Positions 12,931-24,919 of a stretch of DNA of 64,000 bases are shown here, piece by piece; the stretch's first letter is position 1, and each line of letters begins with the position of its first letter. Source of the stretch: Iphione sp. A-MEVVRFRX5 (taxonomy: Eukaryota); the NCBI GenBank assembly GCA_976226885.1, contig OZ320313.1, forward strand, positions 61,256,001 through 61,320,000. The letters run 5' to 3'. The position numbers and the translations under genes are program-made. Below the pieces are notes generated by a model, which was not told the origin of the DNA, did no database searches, and was given only the letters and a program-made list of their open reading frames with translations.

Positions 12931-15526
12931 TCCTAATTGATTTTTAATATTGTTTTCATGAGAGCACCTTTCTAAAGACTTCATTTTTCGCATTGATAAA
13001 AAAATTCTTTTGAAAGAACAACGTTAATCGCGAAAAAAAAATCCACATGAAATTTATTTTAAAAGAAATACTATAAAATAACCCCTTGCAATCATCCATT
13101 ATCGTGGACAGACTAAAACAGGTTGCATATCCTTTAGCATCGTGGATAAAATGTTGCAAGCATCCAACCAGGAGTTTTGCGTGCTTTGGTGTGTCTCGCA
13201 GGGGCCATACAAACATATTTCAAGAGAAATAATCCTACAAATATCCTCAGTCGGGCGTGATCTGCCCTGGATCCCAACAGCCAGCGCCTCATGACTCCTC
13301 GCTCTCTGACGCTCTCACACTCCGTCACGCGGGTTGGTCATTTATCACCCTCGTCCAATATTCACTTTCTGAACTCCAGCAGCAGTTCGGATAACCAACA
13401 CAAACAACGGCCGGCCCAATGACAGTATGCGCGGTCATTGGTGATTTGTCTTCAGCTTGTCGCCCTGAACGGTGCCGGACAGGCCAGTTTTCTCATGAAG
13501 CTGTAGACACAGTGGCGTAGATGTGAAAGGAATAAGGCAGGTCTTCGTCGAGGTGACCAATCGTTGAACTGAGTCCTAAAGGCATTTGTGCCTGCACAAG
13601 TACCGACAAGAGTACAGGATATCAGAGACGGAGATGAGGGTACTGTGAGACACAAGTATTAGCCTGGAATTATTGTAACAAGCGAAATGATATTAACACA
13701 GCGAAGTTAAACGGATCGAACACGCTTTTGCTGACACACTGACACGCTTTTAATCTGACACCTCAAGTATCACCATGCACCAGTTATTTACATGAGAAAC
13801 AGTATAATATTATATCAGATTATTACTCGAAATCTATCTTCTGATGCCTAGACTCTAAAAATGCATGATTCCGTCCACTTCCTGATAAACGCCAGTACTT
13901 CGCCAGCGGCGGTCAATTCAGAAGCCACAACTGGATCTATTGTTGTAGTATTCATTCAACGCTCGAGGATTATGAATTTACTTCAACAAAAGGATTCTAG
14001 TATATTTTCTCCTTCATATATTTGATTTCGTAGCACTCCTGTTACTTAATTACATAACATACACGCGATTGTGAGGTCTGTCTACAGTCAGTGCCACGAA
14101 AACAGCATCAAGTACCTTGAAATGTCCCATGGTGCATTTGGCATTGTTTCACACTCTCCTAGGAGCGGTCTGTGGAAGGGAATGTGATGGATGTAGCTTG
14201 ATAATCCATTATGGACATTTCTTCGTCGAGATGCTCTAGAGAAAAAAGAACTGCAAACCTCCGGACACGAACACAGGAGGAAACTGCAGCCATAAGCAAG
14301 TCATCTTCACAAGGTGTATATTAATCACGGGGTAAGCAAAAACCAAGCACAGGAGAAAAAACAAAGAAGAGTGGCCCGCTAGGGGACTGCATATCAGCGG
14401 CCTTCATTAAGATTGCTTCTCGTTTTTTTGCACACCTATTCTGTCCAACGCTGTGTCATCGACATTGTCACCAGACTGTGAGCAGATACAAACGCATTTG
14501 GCGCTCACTAGTTAGCAAAAAATGGTACATGCGCACACAGACTAATCTGCATTATCTTTGTGCTTCATGTACCTCCCGACTCTTTGTTACCAGTCAATGC
14601 ACGCCCAAAACCTATATAAGACTAAACCAGCTGTATAAGAGTCAGCATTGAAGCGTGAAATGCCACAACATTTACTGTCTTTCACTATTCAGCTCTAGTA
14701 AACTGTAATGTCACTGGCCACAGAGGCTGACAAAACTTGACAAAACAAGACGAAAAAGTTCACATTTCCACACAACTGGTCTAATGTCGTACGAAGCAAC
14801 GAATGCACCTAAATACATTACATGGATCCATAACTCATGTCGTTGGCCGTTATTTGGTTTTCTAATTCAAAAAAGTTACCTAAGTCAAGGCTCACTAATA
14901 GACTATTGAACACTTGTCCCTCTATTTTGTTATGATGAACCAGTCAGTTGCGTTCGTTGGTATTCTGGCCTTGGCCCGTTCATTTTTGGGTTGGTATTAA
15001 TGATCTTTTATGTACTAAGAGGTAAAGAATGATAGTCCAGGCGTTGTAAACACAGATTTTTATGGGGCCGAATAGATGACAACGTTGGTTTCCGCAAAAT
15101 CGGTTCCGCGCCTTCCAATTTCCTGGCGATCAAAATAATGCATAATCAACATGATAAGATCTATGATAGGAACAACGTCATTAAAGAAAATGATAAAAAG
15201 CATGAGAACAAGTACTAACTGAATATTGCATTAGTTTTACCGTTAAGGTTGTCACTGCCTGAGCTGCATTTATTTCACTGTCTGGACATGAAAAAAAGAC
15301 CTGCATTTAATAATGAAAGAGTGGATCATGGCAGTTATTGGAGAAAATGTTCGTGCAAGATAGATACACCTGGATTAGAAAAACACTCACTCGTACGTGG
15401 TGAGGTCAATTAGTTATGCTATTTCCCCACAGCTTTTAAGAATAAACATGCACGTAGAAAGTTTACAGTCGGCCCTACTTATCCTAGCCAGCTTTGTTGT
15501 TTGTAAAAATGTCGTGATGAGTGGAT

Positions 15527-16487
15527 CAGGACGGTCCCAGGCTTGGAAGGGAGCAGACGTGCTTTGAGAGGTAGGTGTCTAGTGTTAGTGTGAGTGGAAC
15601 CCTATCCCTACTTGTGCACAACGTATAGGCAGGGCCGATGGTCTGACCAGCCTGTAACCCAAACTGAGTGGTGCCAGTTCTGAGGAAGGGGTGGTGTCCC
15701 TAACTCATGAACATTTACGTTTGTAGCACGTATAGTTCAGCACACCGGCAGGCTGCCCACCTGCTGTAACCCTGGTACTGGGGGGTGAGTGACATGAATG
15801 TGAGTTGGCGGACATGTCACGGCTGACTATACAACCGTACTGACCTACACCGGCAGGCATGCCCACCTGCTATAACCCTGGTTCTGGGGGGTGAGTGACA
15901 TGAATGTGAGTTGGCAGACATGTTACTTTGGTCACGTACAATTCAGAAGACTTCCCGGTGGTGTCCCCCCATCGGTTGAAGCAAACTTTCGTGCAGCCAG
16001 ACGCCGGTGGTCTGCTCAACCACTGTTGCACTGGACTGATGGGCGAGTGGCGGATGCTTGTGCACTCGTCACGCCTGGTTGCACATCCACTCATGCTGTG
16101 CTGACACCTGTCAATCATCGTCATGTCTCTTTCAGCCACGTCTGGGCTCGCCCGCCGTCGTTCTTCCCCTGGCCCGACGTTAAATATAGTCTGGGGGGGG
16201 GGGGGCCCTGAGGACAACCGTTTGGTGTGTGCACAGGCATCCAAAAGTGTGATCAAGAGCCAGCAATCCTCGACCTTCGAGTGAACACCACCACTTCAAG
16301 TCCAGCCTTGGCTGGTAAAAGACTACGTGCAGCACACCGGTGGGAATCCCAGCCCACTGTAACCCTGGCAAGAGGGTGTGAGTGCACGTGCACCTCGGTA
16401 CACTGCACATGCTGTTGCGTTCAAGCATTGGGCTGCCTAATCGGTGAGGCCCCGACGTCATCATTATGTCATACCGTAACCGTAACC
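15527..16487 (+). mobile_element. 961-bp retroposon-like insertion with 11-bp TSD and short-repeat tail
   Basis: GATGAGTGGAT duplicated at 15516-15526 and 16488-16498; 3' end TACCGTAACCGTAACC; internal ~77-bp direct repeat (~15743-15820 and ~15848-15925). Confidence 0.55.
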
Positions 16488-19400
16488 GATGAGTGGATAA
16501 TTCAGAATAACATAACATGGAATAGGAGAAAATAAGCACTTTCTTTAAAACAAACGGTATCTGTGGAGAATCCCTTTGTCTGACTGACTGTTGATCCTAC
16601 GTACTCATATCAAATGTCACGCACCTAAATGAGCTGAGACTCAATAAAGAAATGTACAGATATCACTAAATGAGTGTCTTAAAATGATACCAGGGTGATG
16701 GAAATAATTCACTCCTTCCTTCATTGACTAAACCACTCTGAATAACATATTGTCCCAAAGTTTTGAAACCATGCTCCGGAAGAATATCAGATGACAAGCA
16801 CTTATGCATTTTTCTTTATTTATGTTTGCGGCTTTATGCACGACCTTGTCCCATACAAAATATTATGTCAATTCTTCCTGTATCCACTATTACTTCCTTT
16901 TACACGTTCGTTCTTTTTGTGTGTTCTGTGTTCATTTCTTTCTCTAGAAAACCTCATTATTTATTCACATGACAAGTTGAATAAACGCTCAGTTCAGTTC
17001 AATTCAATTACCTCCAAGACTGAGTTTTGCTGTATTAACACTGACGCTTGTAACCTGCTCATATCGAACAGGCGCATACGTCTAGACAGATGGCATTTAT
17101 GCTTAATCTGTACCATAGTAATTCACTTAAAATACATGTACATTATATGAATATTCCATAAAATTACTTGAAAGGCAAGTCAACCATGACGTTTGTTGAA
17201 TTGCATTCCGAACTATTTTGTTACTCCTTTTACTATAATCAATTACTTGCAGCAATGAAAGGTTAGACACATTGATTCGGAGTGATACATCCTTATTTTA
17301 CAATGCTTAATGTTCAATGAGAAAGTATGTAAAACGACATTCGATGTGGGTTATAACATCATTACTGCCTGAAGAAGCACGTCCTCTCTTAATGTTTTTG
17401 CGATAATGATAGCAGTGGTGCTGTTGAAGGAAACGTCGAGGGCATTTTTCTTGTATTTCATTAAGCCTCCACTCCTGCTCTTGATACAGAGAGAAAGTTG
17501 TTCTGATGAGCAGTAACATTGAAATATAGCACATCACTGCAGTCTGCCCCAGAATCCATTGTTGTGTGGTGGAAGTTAACGGTCGCCCTACATCTCATCA
17601 GCATTATTTTATACACAAGCAGCAGATTGGCCATATTCCGCAAATGGCTATGCTATTAGCTCACAAAATGGGCCCACCTTATATCTAACATATTGATGAG
17701 CAGATGATTTAGCCGCTGATGTATATAGCTGTAGATTCATGACCGGGAGAGCGTCCTTCATCCCAATTTGGTAACCAATCTCTTCTTCCATCCTGAGTAT
17801 GATCAATAGAAAATGAACGTAAAAGTACAATAACATAACTCCATTAGCTCATTTTGTAATATGGTGAGTGATAAACCGAGGTGCAAATGCTAATAAACCC
17901 AGCCATCCTCATCAGAAGCATATAGCACACGGGGGGGCTAGAAAGTTTAGGGTACCCGTGCATGTAATAGGGTTTCTAACTATAGGTAACGATGACGTGG
18001 TGGGCCACTGCTAGCTATCAAGGGTCTCTGTGTGCATCGACTGCCAGTCCAGTGAACGTCATTACACGTGCACAAATAACAACAATAAAGTCACCAAATC
18101 GCATTCTTTCAGGCAATTTCCTGTTGCCAATGCCCATTTACCTGCTAGGTCAGTTAGTATTTTAGCAGTCCCTCGAATATCCCATCAGCACCGTGCGTTT
18201 TCCGGTGCCCCCTAGGCGGCGCTGTAGTGTTTGGTCTGGCAATGCCAGCCTCGTTTCGGACTGTGCCGCCTCGCTTTGGACACAATAGAGAATGATGAGA
18301 GTTCATTAATAACTCATGGGATGTCAAAATAGGTCCTAGCTATGGAGATCAGAGTAATTCGATATAGATCTCCCAGGCACATATCATACCATATGGGGAG
18401 CACATTTGTCAAAAGAGAGATAATTGCCACAAAAGGGCGTAGAAACCGCCCAAAATTTCTATGGATGAAATACATATACAAGTCCGTTTTTTCGACAACT
18501 CATTTAGAATCCGCCTTTTTGTTCAATAGCAGTGAGCTCTTGAACGAGATTTTACGACCTATATATTATTTATGTGTGAAATTAGATTGATTCTCACGGT
18601 GATGGTATGTACAATTTTACTACGTTCTGTGTGGCAATGCAATGTCCGCCTGTAAATTACGTTGTACATTGTCACTCATTTTTTACTTCACTCGTTGTCA
18701 ACCTTTATAAACTGTATTCAGAAAGTTACTATTCCAAGTCTCAAACTTCAAACAACTAGAGAGTCTGTCTAAGTGCTAGATCACTCTTCGAAGTAATTTG
18801 CCCTAAACGAATCATCACAGCGCAGCTATCCATCTAATTCACATCTATTTTCAAACAGACGACGATAATGTTCACGAGATTGTCAGACCAGCCTTATATT
18901 TGACTTTCTGAAGCGCTTTAATGAACCAGCCTGGAAATTGCTGGACGGTCCGCCGCGTACAACGAAGAAAAAAGATTCCACTAGAGAAGACAATGATCCA
19001 GTAGTTGTCTGCAAAGGATATCCTGCTGGTGGTGGCATTGATATAGAAAAGGCTGCTTGGTATCAATCCCCACCCATTGAGCCCTAGCTATCATTCAAGC
19101 ATCAGTCTTCTCTTCATTAAGTTTTTATCGGAGTGCTGAAATGTCGTCACCGCGACGCCTGACGCGGGCTCGACGGCTGCAAGTCCCAATCGGCCCTTGT
19201 CTCGCACTATCTAAGTAACAATGAATATGCAAGCGTCTCTGGCAACGGGTCGAATGCATTTCTCTCCGACGGCGTATTATTTACGGGCGGCAATTTAAGT
19301 CCTCTCAAGTAGCCTTTCATTGTCTAACCAGGATGAGGCTGATGCAATTGCATCCACATTTCTGCCCCTCTTGTATGAGGAGATTTGGCTGCTGATCGTC

Positions 19401-21169
19401 TCCCTAGTGACATGCTTTATATTTCCCCATGATAAAGTTCCGCTCGCATCACATGAAGGACTGGCTAGTGGTCATGAACTGACTTGCAGGAAGAACACGG
19501 AGATATTATATACATGTATTGCGAAAGAGGAAATGTTTGCTTAAATGATAAAGGCCATGAGAAAGTCGTCATTCAGTTGCAAAGGGATCATATTACGAAA
19601 TATATTCCGAGAGCTGAGAGCTATTGCTGTACATGCAAATAAAACACATACAGGTTTGGTTTGAGCTATTTTGACAGAATTAACACAAATACGAAATACT
19701 GTTGACGTGGCCATGTTCCTTCCTTGTTGAAGCAATATCTTGTCAAAAAAACTACCATAAAGTTGAATTACACCTGATGGGATTGGTCTTCCACAAAATA
19801 ACAAGAACGAAATAAAGCCTTAAAGTTATGACACGCGCCTGGAAAACACATTTGTGATATTGTAGAAAAATATACGTGTACATGTCCATGAGAATTATGT
19901 ATAGATTTGCATGTACTAAACCAGACCTCAGTACTTCAATTAGCCGACACTGTGAAAAGAACAGAGCTGTTCATCGTCTTTGTATTTTATACACTTATTA
20001 TAATACTGCAATGTAGGTACAGACTAGAAATATGGCACTCTCGCGGGTGTGCAGTATTTCAGTGTATACGGCACTCTCAGAAGAGCGCCATCTTCCAGGA
20101 TTGTTAAGAATTGTTGCCACTTGAGAGACTTAACAATTAATTATGCTGGAAATAGGTAGTTTGCAGTCAAATAATGACTACGATGATTTAGAAATAAAAG
20201 ATACACACCTTAGATAAATACGTGTACACACCTTAAACTGGAAGTAAACATCCTTCAGTCGGATTGGACGACACAGGTCACATGTATCCCAAACCAATAT
20301 GGCGGCACAGCAAGATGAATGCCAATATGAAAGCTAAGTATTTTCATAATTTCTATAGGAAATGTTATAATAATAAAGATAAAACATAGACGGGGTGCAG
20401 ATATTTAATTCCACCAAAAAATGTACCAGAATGTAATCACGGGATGGTCTTTTTTTTAGTAAAAACCAGGGTTAAATTTTATATTTTAAATTGTTTTTGC
20501 TATGACTAAGTCTAGGGGGCTAAGTCTAAGGAGTCTGTACTGATCTTTGTAATATTCTACAGTAGTTACTTGCTGTAGTTTTTAATAGTCCCGGAGATTT
20601 CCGCTGGTGCACCTTTTGGTGGAATTCATAAGAATTTTCCAGCGTAAATAAAGATAAATAAAAATATGTATACACGGCCATACTTCGTGGGTATGCAAAT
20701 AATTTAAAGTAAGTTCTCCCACCTCGTTAAAAAAATATTTACCTACCCACCGAGTATAACCGTCTGTGTATTCTCTTTTTGTCCAGTACTTCAAGTTTCA
20801 TAACAAGAATGTCTCTTTAGATCAAGTGAAACCCTCTCTCAGCCTCCTCGAAAAACTGAAGAAAGAAAGCAAGAGTTCATGAGTAGATACTTTCTGCCGT
20901 CTGATGAAATAGAGCCAAGAAAGCTACTTATATTGATATACATATATGTCTTAAACAAACAGGGACGCTGTGCATGGGATATGCAATAAGCTGGCAAAGG
21001 GTTTCCGATGTCTTTTATTAGCCAGAGCATCAAAGAGAGAAAGGTGAAAAGAGAGGTAACAATAGATAGGTGGATAGAAGGAGGTCCGATAAATCCGTCG
21101 GGTCATATGTAAACCTACCTATTCTCAGTGTGACAGCACCACCGTTATATCGATATTGTGAAGCAGGAC

Positions 21170-22054
21170 AGTGATTTATGGCAAACTGGTTTGTGGAAAG
21201 TTCTCTGAGAAAAACAACCCATCTCTCTGCCCCTCTCCCTCTGTTTCTCTCTCTTTCTGACGGGCTCCCCTGAGAGTAACTAAGCTTTTCTTCAAGAAGA
21301 TGCTTGGTTAGCCAGAAATGGTAGGCATAGAGATCAAGAAAAGTGAAATCTGACTGTATCATGCACCGTGAAATACAGACAGCCTTAAGTATCCAAGACA
21401 CCATCACTGTTAGTAATACTGGATTCCTCCCTGAGGCACTCCAACTGTTGTTTGTCCCAATAATTAACTTAAAATTTTCACCCAGCATTATTGGGATCTA
21501 TTGATCAAATTAAAATTTAATTTGAGATTTCAGCTTTGGCAGCAACATTGAATGATCAGCTGTAACAAAAGCTTTACATAAGTCAACAAACAGTAGATTC
21601 TTTAATAATATTGAGTTATAATTGTCCAATACTGTTGGATAACCTAGTTTCTACACTGGGGCAACATTAGCTCTTTTCCAGGAATTTGGGAACTTATTGG
21701 ATTCTAATATTTTGTTCAATAAATCTGTCAAGTAAAATTACATAAGAGCAACTCAATTAAAAATTTTGTTGTAATCTGGTAAATATTACTGGGTTTGTCC
21801 TTATTCATCATCAGTGTTATTAAAGCTCCTTCGACTTTCTTGAAGGGTCTAAATTCAAACTTCTTAACAGTTGAATTAATCTCTTGTATATTATTGGCAG
21901 TAGAGCATGGTAATGTATCCAACAGGTCAGATATCACATTAAGAAAGTAGTCATTTAATGAGGTTGGTATATCTTGAAATAGGATATCCCCATCATCTGA
22001 GTGAGTGGACATGAGTGAGTGCATCAAGTTTTGTTCAGTCTTTGTGTGGCCCAA
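21170..22054 (-). mobile_element. Degenerate LINE ORF2 remnant (linker + RT)
   Basis: SLNDYFLNV..FEFRP..MNKDKPS (22054-21728), NKFPNSWKRANVAPV (~21700-21655), FVDLCKAF...DHSMLLPKL (~21595-21530), VGVPQG (~21445-21428). Confidence 0.8.
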
Positions 22055-22250
22055 TGGATAAGATTGCCAGCATCAACATAGGCTATATACACAAAGGACA
22101 AGTTGTAAAAACATTTTAAATGAAAGTTTGCTTAATGTTTTCCTAACTAGATTTGAAAGCGTTTTTAGAACATTTTCTACAAGTGTTTTAGAACATTTTC
22201 TAGAAACATTTTAGGAACTTTTTTGAAAATAAAGTGTCAGTCAGGTTTGG

Positions 22251-22320
22251 GCAAGCTTTGAACCCAGGTCTCCACACATTGCTCTTGTCTAAGCTAGCAC
22301 CCTAACCCACTGGGCCACAG
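22251..22320 (-). other. tRNA-like Pol III head (A and B box remnants)
   Basis: Minus strand GTGGCCCAGTGGGTTAGGG...CCTGGGTTCAAAGC; no full cloverleaf. Confidence 0.45.
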
Positions 22321-22330
22321 GGGCTGTACT

Positions 22331-22922
22331 ACACTCCTGTCATACTCAGAGGTCCCTCACACCTCGCAAGGTTCTCTCCTGGCCTTGTCCATCCTCTGTC
22401 ACTCCTAGAAGTACATACACCTCATCAGGTGATAGCCCAGCCTTGGCTCTCCTTCTGTTATGTTCAGAGGTCCCTCACACTTCGTCAGGTCCTCCCCCGA
22501 ACTTGCTCCTCCTCCTGTCACTCCTAGAGGTGCTCACACCTTGTCAGGTTCTCAGCCAGCCTTGATCGCCCCCCTGTCACTCCTAGAAGTCCTTACACCT
22601 TACCAGGTGATACCCCAGCCTTAGCCATCCTCCTGTAACGCTCAGAGGTTCCTCACAACTTGTCAGATTCTTACAAAACCTTGGTCATCCTCCTGTCATG
22701 CTCAGAGATCCCTTACACCTCGTCAGGTCCTCCCCGAGCCTTGTCCATCCTCCTGTCCCTCCTAGAAGTTCCTAAACCTCATCGGGTGACACCCCCATCC
22801 TCTGGCGTTTTCCTGTTACTCCTAGAAGTCCTCACACTTGGTCAGGTGTTACCCCCATCCTCTGGCTTCCTTCTGTCGCTCTTAGAAGTCCCCACATCCC
22901 GTCAGGTGTGACCCCCACCCTT
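22331..22922. repeat. Minisatellite, ~10 units of 59-60 bp
   Basis: Unit consensus CCTCCTGTCACTCCTAGAAGTCCTCACACCTCGTCAGGT...CCCCAGCCTTGGCCAT, visible as near-diagonal alignment across 60-nt lines. Confidence 0.85.
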
Positions 22923-23409
22923 GTAATGTTAGATGAAGTTCTTAAAATGTTGTAAAATGGCCGCAAACATTGGAATTGCATGAAAACATTATCAAAACGT
23001 TGTAATTACATGAAAATTTTTGCAAAACATTGTAAAATGGTTTCAAACATTATAACCAGATGGAAACTTTTTTTAAAAGTTTTAAAAACATTGTGTACTG
23101 GCTGGTTATGGTGCCCTATTAATAGCATAGACTAAATGAAGCATGTTCAAAGTTCAGAACAATGATTTGATTTCTATCTAAACATAACAGAAAGAATTGA
23201 TGCATGCTGTACCATGAATTGTTTTACTTCTAAGGGATTCACATCCGGATTTAAGATCTTCAGGTGCATAACATACATGAGTGGTTAAAATTATAACATG
23301 ATTATCAAGTATTTAAATCATATCTTTTGATTTAAGATACATCTTTTGAGTATATACATCAAACCTCTAATTGACAAGAAAAGAAAGTGAAATGTATGAC
23401 TTTAAGACC

Positions 23410-23720
23410 TTATAGTGACCTACTTTCATATGCAAATAATTTAATCCAGTGCTGGAAGCCACCGTGACCCAAGAACAGGTTACTCAAAGTCTCAGCATTA
23501 CAAACACTCATTTTGCTCTCATTTTGTGTTAGCAAAACATTATCTTTAGTACATTCAGATTCACTGCTTACACATGTAACTGCATCATTTCTCTCTGCAT
23601 CTCTTCCATAGCTAGCTTGGAAATTTGACATTTTTCGTCTGTCTTGCATTTTAGTTGTACCCAAGTATGGCTTTAATGCCTCTAACGATCTGTGTCCTGT
23701 CACAGATTGAATTTTGTAGA
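23410..23720 (-). mobile_element. Possible LINE ORF2 EN-RT linker remnant
   Basis: HRSLEALKPYLG...NAETLSNLF resembles the linker pattern W..IKP....AE.LN.FF; no catalytic motif seen. Confidence 0.35.
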
Positions 23721-24191
23721 TACTGAGCCGGCATGATCAAGGCCAGTCATCACAGTCTGCAGTAATTGTGTATGTTTTTGATAATCATCCATCCTGTTTT
23801 CCACACATGAATGAATGCCTCTATTTAAACTACCCCTACAACCCTTTTCTCTCTATGCTCCTATCATCCCCCCGAGTCCATTATATCATGTATTTGTACG
23901 AAATCTTTGTTGTCATTGGGTATTGTGGCGAACCATATTTGTGTCTGTTCCCTTTTTTTCTCTGTAGGCTAGGGTGAGACTCGATCGCGCGCAGCTCATA
24001 TTGGTAGTCCAGCGCTGTTATCCATTCAGCCACAGCGACGTCTGTCTATAGTAGTATACTATTACTATGGGTATGAGTTAATAGAGGTGTGGTGACAGAC
24101 TAGGTGACAGGTGGGGTGACACTGATCTCACTTTTTATAAATTTTTTAATGTGAAGGAGACCCCCCACACACCCCCTTTTCTTTCTAATAT

Positions 24192-24398
24192 TTTCATGCA
24201 TTAAATACATTTTTAGCATGACCTCCAGAAATATTTGCCACTTTTTCAGAAAGTCAGAGCATCTTTAGCCGAACCCCCAGTAATATTTGCCACTTTTCAT
24301 GAATTAAATGCACCTTTAGTGCTACCTCTGGTAATATTTGCCACTTTTTCATAAATCAAATGCATCTTTAGCATAGCCTCCAGAAATTTTCCTTTTTT
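24192..24398. repeat. Tandem array, 4 x ~52 bp (copy 1 of a composite repeat spanning ~23820-24950)
   Basis: Unit TTTCAT.AATTAAATGCATCTTTAGCAT.ACCTCCAGAAATATTTGCCACTT. Confidence 0.85.
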
Positions 24399-24850
24399 CC
24401 CTATAATTAATGTGTTGGGAGGCCCCACACACCCCCTTTCTTTTCTTTTTCAAATTTTTGTCTTTTTTCACAATTATATCAGACCCAAACCTTCTAAACT
24501 GGGAAGGCAGCACCTGGCCGAAGTTCCTATATTGTCTCTTACCAAAACCATCTAGACTGAGAGGAGGGTGTGTCAATCACTCACAAGGTCGTCTCAGCTC
24601 CCTTGGGTAGCTCAATTGTGGGTCGGCAAATTCCTTCATTCTAGGGTGGGGTGGTTTGTGGATTCAAACCTTCTCTACTGATCCGTCACATAGCTCAGTT
24701 GATGGCTTCTTGACTGGGTCGGTACCTCGCACAGTTTGTAAGGGGGCATGAAATCCACCTCGTCTATCGACTCGGTGGACCAATGCCTCTTGACTGGGTC
24801 GGCAAATCGATCAGTTGTAGGGGGGGTAGTTTAAATCAGATAATATCCTC

Positions 24851-24919
24851 GGACATGTACATTACAGGTTCTATAATGTCCTCGTAAACTCGGACATTAT
24901 AGCCTGTAATGTACAGTCC
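24851..24919. repeat. Inverted repeat / hairpin (~23-bp stem, 10-nt loop)
   Basis: GTACATTACAGGTTCTATAATGTCC (24857-24881) vs GGACATTATAGCCTGTAATGTAC (24892-24914). Confidence 0.8.

Larger units (their letters stand above)
22064..23105. mobile_element. Non-autonomous DNA-transposon-like element (AAAACATT/AAAACGTT-rich subterminal repeats) carrying a minisatellite
   Basis: Both ends are arrays of (T/A)AAAACATT(T/G) motifs in opposing arrangement, right end ...AAAAACATTGTGTACTGGCTGG; similar left-end sequence CCAGCGAGCACAAAACATTTT at ~30322. TIRs degenerate, no TSD. Confidence 0.4.

Noticed and set aside
14116-14235. 120-nt minus-strand exon candidate with strong acceptor
   Set aside because: Weak donor (GTACTT), unrecognisable peptide, no compatible neighbour identified.
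22660-22911. ORF with 20-aa periodicity (ILLSLLEV…) suggesting a repeat protein
   Set aside because: By-product of the 59-60-bp minisatellite; many units are 59 bp and break frame, and the attractive minus-strand frame (GVSPDEV*GLLGVT) has a stop in the consensus.
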